Source: Allobaculum fili | GTDB lineage: Bacteria > Bacillota_I > Bacilli_A > Erysipelotrichales > Erysipelotrichaceae | Assembly: GCF_020969955.1 (NCBI RefSeq) | Contig: NZ_JAHDSX010000061.1 | Span: 1-11,596, forward strand | Reading direction: 5' to 3' | DNA: 11,596 nucleotides | Part shown: positions 7,146 to 11,596 of the stretch, in pieces | Layout: every line of letters begins with the position of its first letter | Position numbering within the stretch: position 1 is the first letter of the stretch | Program-made: the position numbers and the translations under genes | The notes under the pieces: generated by a model | Databases searched by the model: none | What the model saw: the letters and a program-made list of their open reading frames with translations, nothing else | Told to the model about the DNA's origin: nothing

Positions 7146-7745
7146 TTAGCCAAGGACTTTTTTAATCTCTTCGAGATGAATAGGTCCCTGACGAAGGATT
7201 ACAGGTGCGTCCCCGGTGCAGTCCACGATGGTGGAGGCGATGCCTTCCTGACAGGGACCGTCGAGAATTCCGTCGAGTGCCGGAAGCATATCGGCAGCCT
7301 CTTTCATGCAAAGGGCAGCCGGTTCGCCGGAAAGATTGGCGGAGCTGACCATCAGCGGTCTGGCTGTCTGACGCATGACATCGAGCAGTACCGGCGCATC
7401 CGGAATACGAAGGGCAATCGTATCCTTCCCGTTCGTGTATTCCCGACTGGCGTTTTCTTTAAGACGTACGATGAGCGTCATGGCGCCAGGTAAAAATGCG
7501 TCCGCCAGCTTCTGCGCCAGCGGGGAAATTTCAACGATATCCTCGACCTGATCCAGAGATGCGCACATCATCGGGATCGGTTTGGATTCCGGTCTCTTTT
7601 TAATCTGTTTCAGTCTTTGAAGGGCGTCCAGATCACCGCAAATGCAGCCGACGCCATATACGGTATCGGTCGGAAACGCGAGGATTTTTCCGTCCTTCAG
7701 ATCCTGAGCCATTTCACGAGTCTGTGTACTCGAATACTGTTTCAT
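7146..7745 (-). CDS. tsaC: L-threonylcarbamoyladenylate synthase (YrdC/TsaC-type, single domain)
   Basis: ORF track 7146..7907. Start moved to ATG 7745 (MKQYSSTQ...) with AGGTG 6 nt upstream. Motifs: ILAFPTDTVYGVG, KQIKKRPESKPIPMM, ALRIP, MVSSANLSGEP, ASTIVD. TAA stop. Confidence 0.85.
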   Translation of the reverse strand: MKQYSSTQTREMAQDLKDGKILAFPTDTVYGVGCICGDLDALQRLKQIKKRPESKPIPMMCASLDQVEDIVEISPLAQKLADAFLPGAMTLIVRLKENASREYTNGKDTIALRIPDAPVLLDVMRQTARPLMVSSANLSGEPAALCMKEAADMLPALDGILDGPCQEGIASTIVDCTGDAPVILRQGPIHLEEIKKVLG

Positions 7746-7792
7746 TTTTTCACCTGCTTTAGAATTTCCGCTTAATTTATTTGGGTTTCTAC

Positions 7793-7820
7793 TATATAGT
7801 GCCTTAAGCATTGTATACAA
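7793..7820 (-). promoter_or_regulatory. Candidate promoter for tsaC within a palindromic AT-rich patch
   Basis: - strand TTGTAT (7820-7815), a 16-nt spacer, then TATATA (7798-7793). The same patch read on the + strand gives TATACA (7814-7819), which could serve the mnmE leader. Confidence 0.35.
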
Positions 7821-7826
7821 CCAGAG

Positions 7827-8036
7827 CCGGCCTGGCTTGCCCAAAAGCCAGATCGGTGTTCTGCAGCGTACGTGTCCGGCTTGTCTGCATTCGGATTCGG
7901 ATCCCAAATCGCCGGCAGCCCTTGTCCTGGCGATCGTTCCTGGGATGCGGATACATTGGCCGGGTGTGCTATTCTCGTTAAGAGGAAGATAAGAAAGCAG
8001 GCCGGGTTTTACGGTCTGCCTTTCTTCTGTTTTTTT
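7827..8036 (+). promoter_or_regulatory. Structured GC-rich 5' leader of mnmE with terminator/antiterminator-like alternative pairing (candidate cis-regulatory RNA or small RNA)
   Basis: CCGGCCTGgCTT (7827-7838) is complementary to AAGCAGGCCGG (7995-8005): 11 bp with one bulge. This overlaps the 5' arm of the terminator at 7992-8025. A local hairpin CTGGCTT (7832-7838) / AAGCCAG (7845-7851) competes for the same 5' strand. Confidence 0.4.
7992..8036 (+). terminator. Intrinsic terminator 65 nt upstream of the mnmE start codon
   Basis: AGAAAGCAGGCCG (7992-8004) / CGGTCTGCCTTTCT (8012-8025) forms a 13-bp stem with one bulged C and loop GGTTTTA. It is followed by TCTG and T7 (8030-8036). Confidence 0.7.
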
Positions 8037-8100
8037 AATCTGCCTGTTTACACGCTTTTGGCTGAACGGCGCGGCCGGTTTCAGCTTCAGGAGGTTTTAC

Positions 8101-9432
8101 ATGTTTGAAGATACCATTGCGGCGATTGCTACCCCGCTGGCGCGCGGAGCCATCTCCATTATCCGGCTCTCGGGCGACGATGCGATTGCGATCGCGGATT
8201 CCCTCTTTTCCGGAAATCTTTCCGCCGCGAAAAGCCATACCATTCATTATGGATATATTGAAGAAAACCAGACGCCGGTTGACGAGGTTCTCGTTTCTGT
8301 TTTCCGTGCCCCTCGATCGTATACGTGCGAGGATGTTGTGGAAATCAATGCACACGGCGGACCGCTCGTTACCCGCAAGATTCTTTCGCTGCTCCTGAAA
8401 AACGGCGCGCGGATGGCCCGACCCGGCGAATTTACGGAGCGCGCCTTTCTGAACGGCCGGATTGATTTGTCCCAGGCGGAAGCGGTCGAAGACATGATTG
8501 ATGCGTCCACCGATGCCGGAAGCCGACAGGCCATCTACTCCATTCGCGGAGAAATCCGCAAGCTGCTTCAGCCGCTGATCGATTCCATGATGGATCTGAT
8601 CGCCAATATCGAAGTCAATATCGATTATCCTGAATACGAAGATGCCGCCGAAATGACGGCGGAAACGCTCCTGCCTCATTCGCGTGAAATTATTGAACGA
8701 ATGGATGAAATTATCGAACGTTCGAAAGCCGGGATGATGGTACAGGACGGCATCAGGACGGTCATTGCCGGCAAGCCGAATGTCGGCAAAAGTTCTCTGC
8801 TCAACGCTCTGCTGCGGGAAGACAAAGCGATTGTAACGGATATTGCCGGAACGACGCGCGACTTAGTCGAAGGCCGTGTTCAGATCGGCGATTTTGTTCT
8901 CAATCTTGTCGATACCGCCGGCATCCGAGAAGGGGCAGAAAAGATCGAGCAGATCGGTATTGAAAAAAGCCGTCAGTCGATTGAAGATGCGGACCTTGTT
9001 CTGCTCGTTCTGGATGCGTCCAGACCTCTCGACGAACAGGATCAGGAGCTTCTGAAGATGACCGAAAACAAGCGGCGCATTCTGATCCTGAACAAAAAGG
9101 ATCTTGCCCCCGCCTTTGAAATGGATGGCGCCGTCTCGATTTCCGCTCTGAACAAAGATCTGGGCGGCTTGAGCGAAGCGCTCGGCCATCTGTTCACGAG
9201 CGATCAGATCGTATGGCAGCCGCGTCTTTCCAACGAACGGCAGCTCGGGCTTCTAAGTCAGGCCCGACAGGATATGGATCGCGCCAGAGAAGCTATGGAA
9301 AACGGCATAGAGCCGGATCTGATCGAAATTGATCTTCTGTCTGCACACGATCATCTCAAGGAGATTCTCGGTGAAGTTCACCGGGAAGATCTTCTCGATA
9401 CCCTGTTTACCAATTTCTGTCTGGGCAAATAA
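8101..9432 (+). CDS. mnmE: tRNA uridine-5-carboxymethylaminomethyl(34) synthesis GTPase MnmE
   Basis: Intact 443-aa ORF with AGGAGG 7 nt upstream. N-terminal TIAAIATPLARGAISIIRLSG, G-domain GKPNVGKSSLLNAL / DTAG / NKKD, and the C-terminal CLGK tetrapeptide typical of MnmE. TAA stop. Confidence 0.97.
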   Translation: MFEDTIAAIATPLARGAISIIRLSGDDAIAIADSLFSGNLSAAKSHTIHYGYIEENQTPVDEVLVSVFRAPRSYTCEDVVEINAHGGPLVTRKILSLLLKNGARMARPGEFTERAFLNGRIDLSQAEAVEDMIDASTDAGSRQAIYSIRGEIRKLLQPLIDSMMDLIANIEVNIDYPEYEDAAEMTAETLLPHSREIIERMDEIIERSKAGMMVQDGIRTVIAGKPNVGKSSLLNALLREDKAIVTDIAGTTRDLVEGRVQIGDFVLNLVDTAGIREGAEKIEQIGIEKSRQSIEDADLVLLVLDASRPLDEQDQELLKMTENKRRILILNKKDLAPAFEMDGAVSISALNKDLGGLSEALGHLFTSDQIVWQPRLSNERQLGLLSQARQDMDRAREAMENGIEPDLIEIDLLSAHDHLKEILGEVHREDLLDTLFTNFCLGK

Positions 9433-9460
9433 GGAAAACGCCCGCTAGGAGTACTTTTTC

Positions 9461-10066
9461 ATGTATTTTATTTCCACCTTATCCGCCAGCGCGCCCATCG
9501 TTTTGCGCGAAGCCGCCTATATGTCGGATACGACCCGGCTGTTTCATGAAGTGGTCATGGATCTGGCAGCCTTTTCCATGTATCTGCTGGAGCTGATGTC
9601 GATCATCCTGATCGTCTTTACCACCGTTTCGGCGTTCTTCAAGCTGTTTCGTCATGAACGCTATGCCCGCGTCTATCTGCTTCATGGCCAGTCTCTTGGT
9701 CTGACCTTCAAGCTGGGTGCCGAAATTCTGCGAACGATCACAGCGGCGTCCCTGATGGATATTTTCGAAGTCTTTCTTCTCATTGTGGTCAAGGCCTGCA
9801 TGGTCGTTCTGATCGACCGGGAACTGAAGAGTGCTGATGAAAGCGATCTTTCGCTTCCTCCCGCTCAGCGTATAAAAGAAAGCCATGGATCCAAGTCTTC
9901 GCGTTCGGGAGCAACCTATCATTTCTCCCTGCTCCATAACGAAAACCGTACCCGTTCAGCCGAAGAAATGGATGAACTGCGAAATGAAGTCGAATCTCTG
10001 CGCCGTCAGCTGGATGCCCAGAATACGGCTTCGAATTCCGCCTCAAACGATCCGCAAACCGAATAA
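9461..10066 (+). CDS. DUF1622-like membrane protein with a long charged C-terminal extension
   Basis: 201-aa ORF with AGGAG 9 nt upstream of ATG 9461 (alternative start ATG 9521 has no RBS). The core LLELMSIILIVFTTVSAFFKLF...GQSLGLTFKLGAEILRTI...FLLIVVKACMVVLIDRE resembles DUF1622 as I recall it. About 80 C-terminal residues are polar with a coiled-coil-like stretch (EEMDELRNEVESLRRQLDAQ). TAA stop. Confidence 0.7.
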   Translation: MYFISTLSASAPIVLREAAYMSDTTRLFHEVVMDLAAFSMYLLELMSIILIVFTTVSAFFKLFRHERYARVYLLHGQSLGLTFKLGAEILRTITAASLMDIFEVFLLIVVKACMVVLIDRELKSADESDLSLPPAQRIKESHGSKSSRSGATYHFSLLHNENRTRSAEEMDELRNEVESLRRQLDAQNTASNSASNDPQTE

Positions 10067-10081
10067 ATCTGGATCCATTTC

Positions 10082-10120
10082 AGGTTCATTTTTCCATTCG
10101 TGGAAAATGAACCTTTTTTT
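10082..10120 (+). terminator. Intrinsic terminator after the DUF1622-like gene
   Basis: AGGTTCATTTTTCCA / TGGAAAATGAACCT forms a 14-bp stem with one bulged T and loop TTCG. It is followed by T7 (10114-10120). Confidence 0.85.
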
Positions 10121-10359
10121 ACGTATATTTCCTCGAAGACAAAAAAGAGACGCCGAACCCGAACTAATGCTGCTTTTGAGAAATGGAGACCTCAGAGTAT
10201 GCCGCTCCCGGTAAGCCGCTGATCATTTTCGACATCTTTTTTATCTTTTTGCGATACTCCGATTATTCATTCATTATTAATGGTATTTTAAATCTGTAAT
10301 CCCTGTTGGCTGATCCAAAGCGGCCGAACGGTTTGGCAAACAGGACAAAGGAGAAGATT

Positions 10360-11247
10360 ATGAAATTCAAACGTACAGCTGCGCTCCTTTGCGCGGCTCT
10401 TCTTCTGGCTGGCTGTTCTTCTTCCGATTCCAAACCGGAGAAAGACAGCACAAGCGGAGGACAGAGTGAAGCAACGTCCGTCGCACAAACAGAAGAAAAG
10501 AAAGAAAAAGAAGAGGAAGGTTTTAAAGAAACCGTTATTTACGATCAGGACGGTCTCAAGGTCACCGCAACCGGCATGGAAAAAGGCTTTCTGGGCGAAG
10601 AAGTAAAGATGGTCTTTGAAAACAATTCGGATAAGAACTGGACCGTTCAGGCCAGAAACACTTCGGTTAACGGCGCTATGATCGATCCATCCATGTCCAT
10701 CGAAGTGGCTCCCGGCAAGACTGGCAAAGGCGAAATGACTTTCCTTTCAAGCATGCTGGAAGATCAGGGCATCGATAAAATCCACACCATTGAATTCAAC
10801 CTGCACTTCTTCAACAGCGATGACTTCATGGACAGCGTAGATTCCGATCTGATCACTCTGAAAACCGGAGAAGAAGAATCCGAAACCGATGCACCGGAAG
10901 GTACCGTTCTTGTAGACCAGAATGGAATCAAGATCATTTCTCTGGATGAAGTGGAATACGATGAATTTTTCGGAGCTGATCTTATGGTCTATATCGAGAA
11001 TAATTCAGAAATCCCTAGGACTGTTCAGGCCAGAGACTGTTCCATCAACGGCTATATGGTAGATCCAATCTTCTCGTCGGATGTTATACCTGGTAAAAAG
11101 GTACGAGAGGGCATTACCATCATGTCTTCCGACCTTGAAGACAACGACATCGATAAAATCTCAGAAGTTGAACTGACATTCCATATTTTTAACTCAGATG
11201 ACTTGATGGATTCCTTTGACGTCGGTCCTGTCACTCTGAATTACTAA
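10360..11247 (+). CDS. Lipoprotein with two tandem copies of an uncharacterised domain of about 110 aa
   Basis: ORF track 10306..11247. Start moved to ATG 10360 (AAAGGAG 6 nt upstream). Signal peptide plus lipobox MKFKRTAALLCAALLLAGC, followed by an S/E/K-rich linker. The two halves share DQ-G-K...ENNS...TVQAR...NG-M-DP...PGK...SS-LED--IDKI...H-FNSDD-MDS. TAA stop. Confidence 0.85.
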   Translation: MKFKRTAALLCAALLLAGCSSSDSKPEKDSTSGGQSEATSVAQTEEKKEKEEEGFKETVIYDQDGLKVTATGMEKGFLGEEVKMVFENNSDKNWTVQARNTSVNGAMIDPSMSIEVAPGKTGKGEMTFLSSMLEDQGIDKIHTIEFNLHFFNSDDFMDSVDSDLITLKTGEEESETDAPEGTVLVDQNGIKIISLDEVEYDEFFGADLMVYIENNSEIPRTVQARDCSINGYMVDPIFSSDVIPGKKVREGITIMSSDLEDNDIDKISEVELTFHIFNSDDLMDSFDVGPVTLNY

Positions 11248-11293
11248 TCCAAAACGATCTGCAGGCAGCTGCAGTTCATAAACGCTGAATATG

Positions 11294-11341
11294 AAAAAAA
11301 TCCCCGAAGAATATCGGATTTCTCCTTTATCTTTCGGGGAT
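11294..11341. terminator. Bidirectional intrinsic terminator between the convergent lipoprotein gene and rRNA operon
   Basis: ATCCCCGAAG (11300-11309) / CTTTCGGGGAT (11331-11341) form the stem. On the - strand it is followed by U7 (complement of A run 11294-11300), directly after the 5S rRNA. On the + strand it is followed by TTCATTTT. Confidence 0.7.
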
Positions 11342-11349
11342 TTCATTTT

Positions 11350-11457
11350 GTCTGGCAGCTTCCTATCTTTGCCTTGCGGCTATTGTCGGCGTTCTGCAGC
11401 TTAACGGCTGTGTGCGAGATGGGAACAGGTGTATCCTGCAGGCTATCGCCACCATAC
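11350..11457 (-). rRNA. rrf: 5S ribosomal RNA (compact, about 108 nt)
   Basis: The reverse complement reads GTATGGTGGCGATAGCCTGCAGGATACACCTGTTCCCATCTCGCACACAGCCGTTAAGCTGCAGAACGCCGACAATAGCCGCAAGGCAAAGATAGGAAGCTGCCAGAC. It matches bacterial 5S blocks (GGTGGCGATAGC, GTTCCCAT, GTTAAGC, GCCGA, TAGGA). The 5' and 3' ends pair as helix I. Ends are approximate, within a few nt. Confidence 0.85.
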
Positions 11458-11570
11458 GTAGATTTTTTGAATGGATCTTCCAAAAACAAACATCAGTCTT
11501 CCAGCATAACGATCTAACGCGATCGTTGGTTTCCATAGTGGCTTCTTGCGTATAGCTTTCTCGAATCTTA

Positions 11571-11596
11571 GATTAAGCTTTCGACCGATTAGTACT
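11571..11596 (-). rRNA. rrl: 23S ribosomal RNA, extreme 3' end (partial, continues beyond the window)
   Basis: The reverse complement of the window end is AGTACTAATCGGTCGAAAGCTTAATC. It closely resembles the conserved Firmicutes 23S 3' terminus (...ATACTAATCGATCGAGGACTTAACC). Its position about 110 nt upstream of the 5S is as expected. Confidence 0.75.

Noticed and set aside
6493-7149. 218-aa + strand ORF (plus overlapping 6902..7165 and 7050..7493 ORFs)
   Set aside because: These are antisense to the lysS 5' end, its leader and tsaC. They have no RBS and implausible sequence. The opposite-strand genes explain the open frames.
7746-8100. Divergent intergenic region next to mnmE as a possible replication origin
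   Set aside because: I found no DnaA-box-like TTATCCACA/TGTGGATAA motifs or AT-rich unwinding element. The rRNA operon at the right end is on the - strand, opposite to what an origin here would predict.
7872-8108. 78-aa + strand ORF (GTG start) across the mnmE leader
   Set aside because: It has no RBS, runs through the terminator hairpin and overlaps the mnmE start. The region is better explained as structured RNA.
8035-8679. 214-aa - strand ORF (and 8247..8534, 8863..9189)
   Set aside because: They are antisense to mnmE, which is unambiguous. These are shadow ORFs.
11262-11277. CTGCAG-GCAG-CTGCAG hairpin after the lipoprotein stop codon
   Set aside because: It is a short 6-bp stem with no U tract. 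The larger hairpin at 11300-11341 is the more credible terminator.
1-11596. Mobile elements, CRISPR arrays, tRNA genes, defence or toxin-antitoxin modules
   Set aside because: I found no transposase- or integrase-like ORFs, terminal inverted repeats, spaced direct-repeat arrays or cloverleaf-like sequences on either strand.

Overview
Chromosomal segment from what looks like a Firmicutes-type bacterium (AGGAGG-type ribosome-binding sites (RBS), intrinsic terminators, Bacillus-like 23S/5S ends). Positions 1-7745 are transcribed on the - strand. In order of transcription they carry tsaC, lysS, then a signalling cluster: a 7-TM sensor-like protein, a HisKA_3-type histidine kinase and a LuxR/NarL-type response regulator. 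After a terminator come an N-anchored secreted protein and a small 4-TM membrane protein. A divergent intergenic region (7746-8100) precedes + strand mnmE, a DUF1622-like membrane protein and a lipoprotein with an internally duplicated domain. The window ends in the 3' end of a - strand rRNA operon (23S terminus, spacer, compact 5S, terminator). I saw no mobile element, CRISPR array or tRNA. Two observations stand out. (1) The cluster 632-5036 has three TAG codons where the reading frame clearly or plausibly continues, plus two single-base frame disruptions in 4-nt homopolymers. All nine gene ends I could verify use TAA or TGA. This is either a decaying locus or TAG read-through/recoding, and the window alone cannot decide. 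(2) A GC-rich leader of about 210 nt lies upstream of mnmE. A long-range P1-like helix there competes with the 5' arm of a strong intrinsic terminator, giving an ON-riboswitch-like layout that matches no class I recognise. Functional calls rest on motif recognition by eye. No database search was run.
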